From: a bacterium
Lineage (GTDB): Bacteria; Patescibacteriota; CPR2; UBA1875; JAJYID01
Length of the DNA: 64,000 bases
Assembly: GCA_030647205.1 (NCBI GenBank)
Contig: JAUSJO010000002.1
Span: forward strand, 177,112-241,111
Direction: 5' to 3'
Shown here: positions 56,774-64,000 of the stretch, piece by piece
How positions within the stretch are numbered: position 1 is the first letter of the stretch
How the letters are laid out: each line of letters begins with the position of its first letter
Notes under the pieces: model-generated
What the model was told of the DNA's origin: nothing
Databases searched by the model: none
Seen by the model: the letters and a program-made list of their open reading frames with translations, nothing else
Translations under genes and position numbers: made by a program

Positions 56774-57299
56774 TAGTGTCCTTTCCATCTTTCTTTTTTG
56801 GAGCGAGAATCATGTTTACCTCTCGTCCTGTAAATGCTATATTCTGATCAATTTGTGCTACTTCTTCAAGTTCATGAGCGAATTTTCTCAAAACGTCTGC
56901 GCCAATGTCTTTGTGAACTATTTCCCGGCCTTTAAAAATAAGCCGAACCTTTACTTTGTTGCCGGCTTCCAGGAATTTTCTGGCATGTTTGGCTTTTGTT
57001 TGGAGATCATGTTCGCCGATTTTTGAACTTAGGCGAATCCCCTTAACTTCTACGTTTTTTTGTTTCTTCTTCTGGGTTCGTGACTGTTTTTGCTGTTCGT
57101 ATTTGAACTTCCCCCAGTCGATAATTTTGCAAACGGGAGGAACTGCATTGGGAGATATTTCTACAAGGTCAAATCCTTCTTCTTCTGCCAGTTTTAAGGC
57201 CTCTGATAAAGATACAACTCCAAGCTGCTCTCCATCTATGCCGACTAAGCGTACTTCACTAGCCTTGATCTGATGATTTAACCGATTTTTAGTAGAAAT
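56730..57299 (-). CDS. infC: Translation initiation factor IF-3, initiating at ATT; absent from ORF track; 3' end overlaps rpmI by ~44 nt as sequenced
   Basis: manual translation: (ATT)STKNRLNHQIKASEVRLVGIDGEQLGVVSLSEALKLAEEEGFDLVEISPNAVPPVCKIIDWGKFKYEQQK...NMILAPKKK; RBS AAAGGGAG 8 nt upstream; ATT preceded by in-frame TAA. Confidence 0.75.
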   Translation of the reverse strand: MSTKNRLNHQIKASEVRLVGIDGEQLGVVSLSEALKLAEEEGFDLVEISPNAVPPVCKIIDWGKFKYEQQKQSRTQKKKQKNVEVKGIRLSSKIGEHDLQTKAKHARKFLEAGNKVKVRLIFKGREIVHKDIGADVLRKFAHELEEVAQIDQNIAFTGREVNMILAPKKKDGKDTNAENENAQERSKEI

Positions 57300-57365
57300 T
57301 TATTATGGCTCCCTTTAGTTTTACCTTCGATATAATAGCAAAAATTGGCGTTAGTGTCAATGTAG

Positions 57366-57412
57366 TATTCTATTTTTCATAAGAAAAGCCGCGCTTCGAA
57401 AGAAGCGCGGCT
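57366..57412. terminator. Bidirectional terminator hairpin AAAAGCCGCGCTTCGAAAGAAGCGCGGCTTT between convergent transcription units
   Basis: 10-bp GC-rich stem flanked by A/T runs. Confidence 0.6.
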
Positions 57413-57428
57413 TTGTAATATCACTTGT

Positions 57429-57779
57429 TTAGCACCCTCCAGAGGAGGCTTGGGGAGTCTTGACAACGACGTGAGTGTAGTTTTTCAGAAGCTGTAACTT
57501 CTCCTTTTTCCTGCTCAGCTCCTCTAACATTTGCTTCTTTCGTTTTGTGTTCAGACTTTCATCTATCAGCTTGCGCATGCTTTGGGCTTCCTTGACCAGC
57601 CTGTTGTATTCCGTCTCTGCCTTTTCGACTAGTGCTCTGTATTCCTGCTCGCGAGGGTCCTCGGCGCCGATTTGTGACTCGAGACTCTGAATCTCTTTCT
57701 CGAGCTCGGCGATAGATGCCAGCCTTGTTTGTTCAAGATCTGCTTCGATCTCATTTGCTGGTGACTGTTTGTCTGCCAT
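57429..57779 (-). CDS. Small coiled-coil protein ending ...KTPQASSGGC, overlapping end of radical-SAM gene
   Basis: ORF; heptad-rich; C-terminal Gly-Gly-Cys. Confidence 0.4.
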   Translation of the reverse strand: MADKQSPANEIEADLEQTRLASIAELEKEIQSLESQIGAEDPREQEYRALVEKAETEYNRLVKEAQSMRKLIDESLNTKRKKQMLEELSRKKEKLQLLKNYTHVVVKTPQASSGGC

Positions 57780-58986
57780 TTTCCGTCTCCTTTGCTTTGG
57801 ACGCTTTTTGCAGATTTTGCTTTTTGTAGTTCACACATGGTTTTGCATCTTTTTCACCGAGCGCTCTTATTCCTCTAAAAAGCGGCGAATCCATGATTTC
57901 CATGATCGTCATGTCTCTGATATTGCCCGCAGAGATGTTAGAGAAAAGGCATGGTTCCACCGATCCGCTCGGAGTGATATGGAAGTGGCGATCCGCAGCA
58001 TCACAGACTCTAAGTTCGTCTATTGCTGCTCTGCCACACCGTACGTAAAGAGGATACTTATCCTTGACTACCTCTGACCACATTTCAAGGATCAGTTTTT
58101 GGTTTTTCGTAAGGATAAGATTCTCATTTGGGTTTGAGTCTGTGGGGATATACTGATTATAGACGATGCCATAAGCGCCCTTTTCTACGACCATATCGGT
58201 GAACTGACTGCTTACGATTTCATCAAAGTTTTCCCTCGTCACAGTTACAGTGACGCCGAAAACATGATTGACCGCACGTAAGTGCTCCATCGCTTCAATG
58301 GCTTTTTGGTATACTCCTTCACCTCGTCTGGCATCCGTTTTTTCTTCGAAGCCGTCTAGACTGACTGACATAAAGAGGTTACCGATTTTGGCGATTCTTT
58401 CCGCAGCCTTTCTGTCCAGCGTTGTTCCGTTAGTGAAGACGATGAAACATACATCGGGATGATTTTCGTATACTTCCCACATATCTTCACGAAGCAAGGG
58501 TTCACCGCCAAGGATACTGTAGATCACGGTGCCGTTTTGAGAGCCCTCAGTGATAGCTTTGTCTATCACTTCTGTTGGCAGGTCAATCTTGGGGAATCTC
58601 TCGGCGTAACAGTTGCTACAGGCGATATTGCACTTACCCGATATAGTTATCTCTATCTGTGAGGGCACATCCTTGCCATTGGCCCCGCAGACGAGCCGAT
58701 TGATAATCAAGTTTTTGGCAAAAGCCTGCCAGTAGGCTGGGTTTGATCTTGCCAATTTTCTGGCGAGATGGAGATAAGGATGATTTTTCGTGGCGAGTTT
58801 TTGCAACAACTCATCGAATTTGAAGAAGTAGTTCTTCTTTGATGTGAACGGCTTTGTGATTATGAGCATTGCCTTGGCAAAACCGTTTAGAACCGGATCC
58901 GGTGAAAGGAAAACGGCTCGCAGGAAGGATACATATAGCACATTTATAAACCATGAGTTAAGCAGATATTTCCTGAAGCCTTTCAA
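57751..58986 (-). CDS. Radical SAM enzyme with C-terminal Cys-rich (SPASM/twitch-like) domain and ~110-aa N-terminal extension
   Basis: GKCNIACSNCYAERF (CxxxCxxC); C-terminal C...C..C cluster PCLFSN...KPCVNY. Confidence 0.65.
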   Translation of the reverse strand: MKGFRKYLLNSWFINVLYVSFLRAVFLSPDPVLNGFAKAMLIITKPFTSKKNYFFKFDELLQKLATKNHPYLHLARKLARSNPAYWQAFAKNLIINRLVCGANGKDVPSQIEITISGKCNIACSNCYAERFPKIDLPTEVIDKAITEGSQNGTVIYSILGGEPLLREDMWEVYENHPDVCFIVFTNGTTLDRKAAERIAKIGNLFMSVSLDGFEEKTDARRGEGVYQKAIEAMEHLRAVNHVFGVTVTVTRENFDEIVSSQFTDMVVEKGAYGIVYNQYIPTDSNPNENLILTKNQKLILEMWSEVVKDKYPLYVRCGRAAIDELRVCDAADRHFHITPSGSVEPCLFSNISAGNIRDMTIMEIMDSPLFRGIRALGEKDAKPCVNYKKQNLQKASKAKETENGRQTVTSK

Positions 58987-59100
58987 GGGACACTCCTTTT
59001 GTAGTGATATATTTTATTTTCAAGATTCTTTGTTTACTCAACAAAAAAGAGGGTTTTCCCTCCGTTTGATTATTTAACCACAAAAATTAAATTTTTTCAA

Positions 59101-59985
59101 TTATTTCTTGGGTTTTGCCTTGATTGTACTTTTTTGTCGGGCGACGATAATTTTCAGTTTTCTACCGGATATTTCACAAAGAACGGGAGTTTTATACAGA
59201 ACTTTTCCGTCAACAGAAACTTGAGCCGGTTTTTGTGTGTTTATGACAACTCTTTTTGTCCTAAAAAGAGATAAGTCCGGCTTTTTTTCCTGTTTTAGAC
59301 TGTCCGGATTTAAAATATATTTTAGAGAATTTAGGTATGACATTTTACCCGTAATAAGAACATCGAGCATATTGCTTGACTCGTCACCTTTGTTTTCCGG
59401 TGTTCTGGTGTTTGAAATCTTGATATTGAAAAAGTCTGTGTCGATCCGGTAATCATCATTGAAGTTGAGAGTTGCTTTTTGTGGTTTGAACTTTGAAGAC
59501 CATGAAAGCGCACGTTTATAGTACATAGTTTTATGAATCAGTGAGTTCTCTTCTGGTTTTTGTTCCGACATTTCAGCTTCAAATCCGATATTAACGGCGG
59601 TGATGAAGTAGCTTTTTCCAACCCTACCGATATCAAGAGTTTCTATTTTTCTGGCGGCTAAAATATTGCAAGCGCTTTGCCAGTCAATGATGCCAAGCGA
59701 TCTTGCTAGCTCATTTTTGTCACCAATGGGGATGATCCCGACCGCAACTTCGCTTTTGCCGACACCGTTTATTACTTCATTTATGGTTCCGGTACCGCCA
59801 ACGGCAACGATGGTTTTGTATCCTTTTCGGACGCCCATGGCAGCGAGCTTTCCAGCATCGCCTTCGCCAATACTTTTAACAAACTCGCCAGCTATGCCGA
59901 GTTCTTTCAGTCTCGCCTTGAGACGATCCTGAATTTTATTAATGCGTCCGCCTCCGGAAGCAGGATTCAAAATATAGTAGTACAT
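59101..59985 (-). CDS. DAGK-catalytic-domain lipid kinase (YegS/BmrU family)
   Basis: YYYILNPASGGGR and AVGGTGTINEV motifs. Confidence 0.7.
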   Translation of the reverse strand: MYYYILNPASGGGRINKIQDRLKARLKELGIAGEFVKSIGEGDAGKLAAMGVRKGYKTIVAVGGTGTINEVINGVGKSEVAVGIIPIGDKNELARSLGIIDWQSACNILAARKIETLDIGRVGKSYFITAVNIGFEAEMSEQKPEENSLIHKTMYYKRALSWSSKFKPQKATLNFNDDYRIDTDFFNIKISNTRTPENKGDESSNMLDVLITGKMSYLNSLKYILNPDSLKQEKKPDLSLFRTKRVVINTQKPAQVSVDGKVLYKTPVLCEISGRKLKIIVARQKSTIKAKPKK

Positions 59986-59997
59986 ATTAGAAAAAAA

Positions 59998-60435
59998 TTA
60001 TTTTTCTTTTTTGTTTTCTTCTTCTGGTTCCTGCTCTTCCTCGAGGATAGGCTCGAGTTCAATGTCTCTTTTGGTTTCAAGCATTGTACACTTGCCGGAG
60101 AAAAGGGCTCCGGGAGATACGACAAGTACTCCGGCGTGAATATCGCCGTAAACTTTGCCGGTCTCTGATATTTGTAGAGTTTCTTTAGCTTCAATGTTTC
60201 CTTGGACTACTCCGGAAACTTGGACATTTGCTGCTTTTACGCTTGCAACCACGTTTGCGCTTGTGCCGACTTGAACGCTGGCTTTTGTTTTAACATCTCC
60301 GGCGACAGAACCGTTGATGATAATATCACCGTCACTTTTAAGGTTACCTTTTAGTTTTACTGATTCGCCAACTATCGTTTCAACGCTTTTGTTGTCGACA
60401 GTAGGGAAGTCTTCTTTTTTATCAAACATTTTCAC
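59998..60435 (-). CDS. Bactofilin (DUF583 beta-helical cytoskeletal protein)
   Basis: repeating G.V.G.V beta-helix units IINGSVAGDVKTKASVQVGTSANVVASVKAANVQVSGVVQGNIEA. Confidence 0.75.
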   Translation of the reverse strand: MKMFDKKEDFPTVDNKSVETIVGESVKLKGNLKSDGDIIINGSVAGDVKTKASVQVGTSANVVASVKAANVQVSGVVQGNIEAKETLQISETGKVYGDIHAGVLVVSPGALFSGKCTMLETKRDIELEPILEEEQEPEEENKKEK

Positions 60436-60438
60436 TCC

Positions 60439-60915
60439 TTATTCTTTAGTTGCTTTTTTAATTGCTTCAACTTCTTCATCGCTTAATGTATTTGTGGATT
60501 TACCATCAGACACACTTTTTGCGTACACTCTGGTACCTTCACGCGCGTGCATGCTGGTTATTACAAATCCACTATTATCATTATCAAGCAGGGCTATGGA
60601 AAAACTTTGGTTTCCACCGGTATCGTTTTTCCCGAAGGGGTTATAGCGGATAAATCCGATCCTCTGGATACTTTTTTGCATTTTTTTAGAAACTTTCGCC
60701 ATCTCTATTTCCAGTTTTTTCGCATAGTTTTCGACTTCTTTGGTTTCTTCAAGATATTTTTTCAGAACTTGATAGATATCGCCATCTTTTGAAGTATCAA
60801 AAAGTTCGTTCGCTCTTTTGTACATTTTTTGTTGTCTGTAGGTTAAAAAAGCGACCCATAAAAGAAGTAATCCGATTACTGATATGAGAATAATGATTTG
60901 TGTGTTTACATCCAT
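60439..60915 (-). CDS. DUF4446-like membrane-anchored protein (start uncertain; longest ORF begins with TTG at 60981)
   Basis: TM then IGFIRYNPF...GGNQSFSIALLD..GFVITSMHAREGTRVYAK. Confidence 0.4.
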   Translation of the reverse strand: MDVNTQIIILISVIGLLLLWVAFLTYRQQKMYKRANELFDTSKDGDIYQVLKKYLEETKEVENYAKKLEIEMAKVSKKMQKSIQRIGFIRYNPFGKNDTGGNQSFSIALLDNDNSGFVITSMHAREGTRVYAKSVSDGKSTNTLSDEEVEAIKKATKE

Positions 60916-61074
60916 GATAAGAAAGTTAGATTTTACAGAAATAAAAAGTGGTTTCTGTTTTTGAAAAGAAATCACCTCCAAGTGCTTTGATTATAAAGAA
61001 AAATCTTGCCTTCTTCAAGAGGAATTTGTCAAAGGTGTATGAATTTAATATAATCAAAAGGAAAGGATATATAA

Positions 61075-61374
61075 ATGTCAAAAAACAAAAGAAGAAAGAG
61101 CGAGAAGAAAAGAAACCTTAAGTATGGGAATATTACTGTAGAGAAAGTAAAAAATCTGTCAGCAAGCGATATAAAAGATAGGGCTGTTAAGGGCTCTGAA
61201 AAAAATCTTAAGACCAAAAGTGATAATGGTTTTAGAAAAGAACTGAGAAAAAATCTGACCTTTGTCGGCATTTTTTTAGTGTCTCTTGTAGTTTTATATT
61301 TTGTTTTAACTTACACAAGTATCTTAGATCCGATATTAAATTATTTCGGACTGAGTGGAGTTTATAAAAAATAA
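61075..61374 (+). CDS. Small basic protein with C-terminal TM, unknown
   Basis: ORF; Lys-rich then TFVGIFLVSLVVLYFVL. Confidence 0.35.
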   Translation: MSKNKRRKSEKKRNLKYGNITVEKVKNLSASDIKDRAVKGSEKNLKTKSDNGFRKELRKNLTFVGIFLVSLVVLYFVLTYTSILDPILNYFGLSGVYKK

Positions 61375-61423
61375 AGATCATTTGGCTTTAATTTTCCTCT
61401 GCCTATCTGTATAATGGATACAA

Positions 61424-62317
61424 ATGGCAAAAACACCTGTAATAAAAGCAATAAACCTTTCAAAAACCTTCAAACTCAGTAAGGATAATGAGGTTATTGC
61501 TTTGCACTCGGTGAGTTTTGAAATATATTCGGGTGAACTGATCTGTTTTTTTGGCCCTTCCGGTTGCGGGAAGTCTACTCTTCTCTCCATGCTCGCCGGC
61601 CTACAACCTCCGACTTCCGGTGAAGTTATTGTCAGGGGGAAAAATCTAGCTACCCTTAAAAAGAAAGAGTTAGCCGAATACAGAAGATCAAAGATTGGTA
61701 TGGTTTTCCAACAGTTTAACCTGATCATATCTATGAATGTTCTTGAAAACATTGCTCTGCCTATGGCATTTGGTGGAATGAAACGAAAAAGGAGGATGCA
61801 GAGAGCGGAACACTTGCTTGAAGTTGTAGACTTGGGCGATAAAAAGAAAAGTGTGCCGGCCAATCTTTCAGGTGGACAACAGCAAAGAATAGCCATTGCC
61901 AGATCTTTAATTAACAACCCATGGATCATAATGGCTGATGAACCAACTGGAAATCTTGATTCAAAATCGGCGGATGACGTTATGAAACTTTTGATATCGC
62001 TTTCACGGAAGTCGAAAAGAACAGTCATTCTCATTACTCATAACCCGGACTATTTACAGTATGTTGATAGAATATTCAGGATGAAAGATGGCCGAGTTGA
62101 TAAAATAGAAGTAAATGCAAAGACCGCAAAAGTTGAGCTTATAGATGCAGTATCAAAGCTCGATAAGTTAAAAAGCGATAAAGAAGAGGCTAGTGAAGAG
62201 GACGAGCCGATATTTACTTCTGAAATCAGCAAGATAGAAGCAGAGAAAAAGGAAGTTATGTCTGGTAAAGCGGGTAAATCAAAAGAAAAGGAAGAAAAAA
62301 ACAATGAAACTGATTGA
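61424..62317 (+). CDS. ABC transporter ATP-binding protein (MacB/LolD/FtsE-like) with ~70-aa charged C-terminal extension
   Basis: [35 protein letters not shown]. Confidence 0.85.
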   Translation: MAKTPVIKAINLSKTFKLSKDNEVIALHSVSFEIYSGELICFFGPSGCGKSTLLSMLAGLQPPTSGEVIVRGKNLATLKKKELAEYRRSKIGMVFQQFNLIISMNVLENIALPMAFGGMKRKRRMQRAEHLLEVVDLGDKKKSVPANLSGGQQQRIAIARSLINNPWIIMADEPTGNLDSKSADDVMKLLISLSRKSKRTVILITHNPDYLQYVDRIFRMKDGRVDKIEVNAKTAKVELIDAVSKLDKLKSDKEEASEEDEPIFTSEISKIEAEKKEVMSGKAGKSKEKEEKNNETD

Positions 62318-63461
62318 TATTTTCAGGATAGCTGCAGGGAATCTCAAGAGAAACAGACTTCGAACTGTTTTGACAGTTTCGGGGGTGGTTGTCGGAGTTG
62401 GTGCGATAGTTTTCTTGGTTTCTCTTGGATTTGGACTTCAAAAGTTAGCATTGGATAAGATAGTCCGGCTTGAAGCCCTTAAAGTTATAACTGTGACATC
62501 GGGATCAAAAACAGAGTCTCAGCTCAATGCGGGTATAGCCGAAGAGTTTGAAAAAATAAGCGGAGTTTCAGCGGTCAGTCCTATCACCAGAAACATTGTT
62601 AGTTTTAAAATTGGGAATACCGAGACAGAGCAAGTTGTGTATGGTGTTAAACCTGAGTTTCTTGATATGGAAAATCTAAAGATTTCCACAGGACAGGCTT
62701 TTTCTAGCAAAGATGCTAAAAATGAGATGATAATATCAAAAGAAATCCTTACAAATTTTGGGTTAAATCAGGATAGTATTCTGGGGAAAGACATTGACTA
62801 TACTTATGCCATTTCAGGAGGAGAAAATAAAGGGACACTCAAAGTTGTGGGTCTTTTTGACGAAAAGGGAGTCTATGCCCCCTTTGATGCTATTTCGGGG
62901 AACAATGAGTCATATGCCTCCGTTAAAGTGAAGGTGGCTGATAAGGTGAATGTTCCGGAGGTCAAAAAAACTATTGAAAGTATGGGATATAATACATCGG
63001 TCATCCAAGATCAGTCCGCAGCCGTCAATCAGGTTTTTTCTATTATAAATATTGTTTTAGGCGGTTTTGGTATGATTGCCTTTTTTGTCGCTGCCATAGG
63101 AATATTTAATACAATGACGATATCACTTTTAGAGAGAACTCATGAAATTGGTGTAATGAAAGCTATCGGCGGTAATAGTAAAGATATCGCGATGATTTTT
63201 ATCACAGAATCAGCTCTCATTGGTTTTCTTGGCGGAATTTTTGGTCTCAGTGTTGGTTGGCTTTTAGGGGGATTGCTCAATCTTCTTGTCAATTTCATGG
63301 CAACTGAGTCCGGCGGTGAAGCGGTATCTCTCTTTGCTATTCCTCTTGTTTTCGGTATTTTAACTATCTTCTTCTCGTTTTTGGTCTCTACGGTTGCCGG
63401 CATTTGGCCAGCAAGAAGGGCGGCAAAACTTAATCCTCTTGAAGCCTTACGTTACGAGTAA
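62304..63461 (+). CDS. FtsX-family (MacB-type) permease
   Basis: 1+3 TM with ~230-aa loop; ends LEALRYE like paralogues. Confidence 0.75.
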   Translation: MKLIDIFRIAAGNLKRNRLRTVLTVSGVVVGVGAIVFLVSLGFGLQKLALDKIVRLEALKVITVTSGSKTESQLNAGIAEEFEKISGVSAVSPITRNIVSFKIGNTETEQVVYGVKPEFLDMENLKISTGQAFSSKDAKNEMIISKEILTNFGLNQDSILGKDIDYTYAISGGENKGTLKVVGLFDEKGVYAPFDAISGNNESYASVKVKVADKVNVPEVKKTIESMGYNTSVIQDQSAAVNQVFSIINIVLGGFGMIAFFVAAIGIFNTMTISLLERTHEIGVMKAIGGNSKDIAMIFITESALIGFLGGIFGLSVGWLLGGLLNLLVNFMATESGGEAVSLFAIPLVFGILTIFFSFLVSTVAGIWPARRAAKLNPLEALRYE

Positions 63462-63467
63462 CAAAAG

Positions 63468-64000
63468 TTAACTTTTTGGCCGATATTGTAAAGCTTCGGC
63501 AATGTGCTGGGATTTTATGTTGCTGCTTTCATCTAGGTCGGCGATGGTTCGGGCAATTTTCAAGATTTTCGTATAAGATCTAGCCGATAAATAGAGCCGC
63601 TCAATTGCAGATTTTAAAAGTTCCAAAGACTCCTTTGAGAGCTTGCAGTATTCTTTAATGTCACTTGATGTCATTTCAGAGTTTGTTACTTTTGAAGTTC
63701 CCTTAAATCTCTTTGCCTGAATTTCTCGTGCTTTTTCGACTCTCTTTTTAATGTTTTCCGAGGACTCTGATCGACTGTCAGAAGTTAACTTGTCAGTTTC
63801 TACTCTTGGAACGTCTATGTGGAGGTCTATCCGATCTAAAATTGGTCCTGAGACTTTTTTCTGATACTTTATTATTTGTCCGGGACTACAAGAGCAATTC
63901 TTTACAGGATCATTTAGATATCCGCAAGGGCACGGGTTTTGGGCGGCGACAAGAACGAAGTTTGCAGGAAAGCTTAATGTGCCATTAGCGCGCGAAATTG
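63468..64000 (-). CDS. comM: Mg-chelatase-like AAA+ protein ComM/YifB, C-terminal part (gene continues past window end)
   Basis: manual translation upstream of ORF-track M gives ...ANFVLVAAQNPCPCGYLNDP...SCSPGQIIKYQKKVSGPILDRIDLHIDV... plus C-terminal LSARSYTKILKIARTIADL...AEALQYR. Confidence 0.7.
   Translation of the reverse strand, partial: ISRANGTLSFPANFVLVAAQNPCPCGYLNDPVKNCSCSPGQIIKYQKKVSGPILDRIDLHIDVPRVETDKLTSDSRSESSENIKKRVEKAREIQAKRFKGTSKVTNSEMTSSDIKEYCKLSKESLELLKSAIERLYLSARSYTKILKIARTIADLDESSNIKSQHIAEALQYRPKS

Noticed and set aside
56508-57273. Two plus-strand ORFs (172 and 105 aa) opposite the ribosomal protein operon
   Set aside because: They are antisense to rpmI and the ATT-initiated infC, which have strong family-level matches; no motif support.
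1-64000. Possibility of an alternative genetic code (UGA recoding as in some CPR lineages)
   Set aside because: Long uninterrupted ORFs with standard translation, and TGA clearly terminates genes (e.g. 10353-10355, infC), so the standard code 11 fits.
1-64000. CRISPR array search
   Set aside because: No series of short (24-48 nt) direct repeats with unique spacers seen; the only regular repeats are the 120-nt coding repeats in giant protein 2 and the junction elements, which are separated by whole genes.

Overview
This is about 64 kb of a gene-dense, low-GC (roughly 38-42% by eye) bacterial chromosome using the standard genetic code (TGA is used as a stop, e.g. at 10353-10355). All calls below rest on reading the sequence and translated motifs only; no searches or computations were run. 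The gene content (rny-ymdB, several RRM/DUF families, repeated type-IV-pilin and FtsX modules) would fit a small-genome Patescibacteria/CPR-like or Firmicutes-like organism, but that is inference.

Housekeeping content: rny-ymdB, hup, cca, three tRNA clusters (Pro; Gly-Arg-His; Arg-Lys; Glu), RNase P RNA, the infC-rpmI-rplT operon (infC starts with ATT and was missed by the ORF track), bactofilin, a DAGK-family lipid kinase, thioredoxin, a response regulator, a histidine kinase and a partial comM.

Accessory content worth a second look:
- 22428-28300: a tRNA-His-anchored tandem array of small unrelated single-gene units. Each unit is separated by a conserved 30-85-nt element whose 3-prime half copies the tRNA-His 3-prime end and flank, followed by a terminator hairpin and an extended -10. 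This looks like an integron-like or serial-integration cassette array with no visible integrase.
- 4924-18191: two tandem paralogous modules, each a giant Asp-box beta-propeller plus FN3-array surface protein with a dedicated MacB/FtsX-type ABC system, then a type IV pilin. The giant proteins share a unique His-rich N-terminus and a conserved C-terminal motif.
- 29760-31690: a strongly GC-discordant two-gene island (small protein plus classical AAA ATPase) next to tRNA-Arg/Lys.
- 41700-46166: an ABC-F gene with a leader uORF, then a small Cys peptide, an intrinsic terminator, a radical-SAM/SPASM enzyme, a TrpD-like protein and a P-loop protein (RiPP-like operon).
- 46256-48316: a GC-elevated wHTH + LuxI-like GNAT + ThiF/E1 island.
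- 51409-52339: tRNA-Glu with a 19-nt duplicated 3-prime end 0.85 kb away, an integration scar.

Four ABC-ATPase/FtsX pairs occur in the window.
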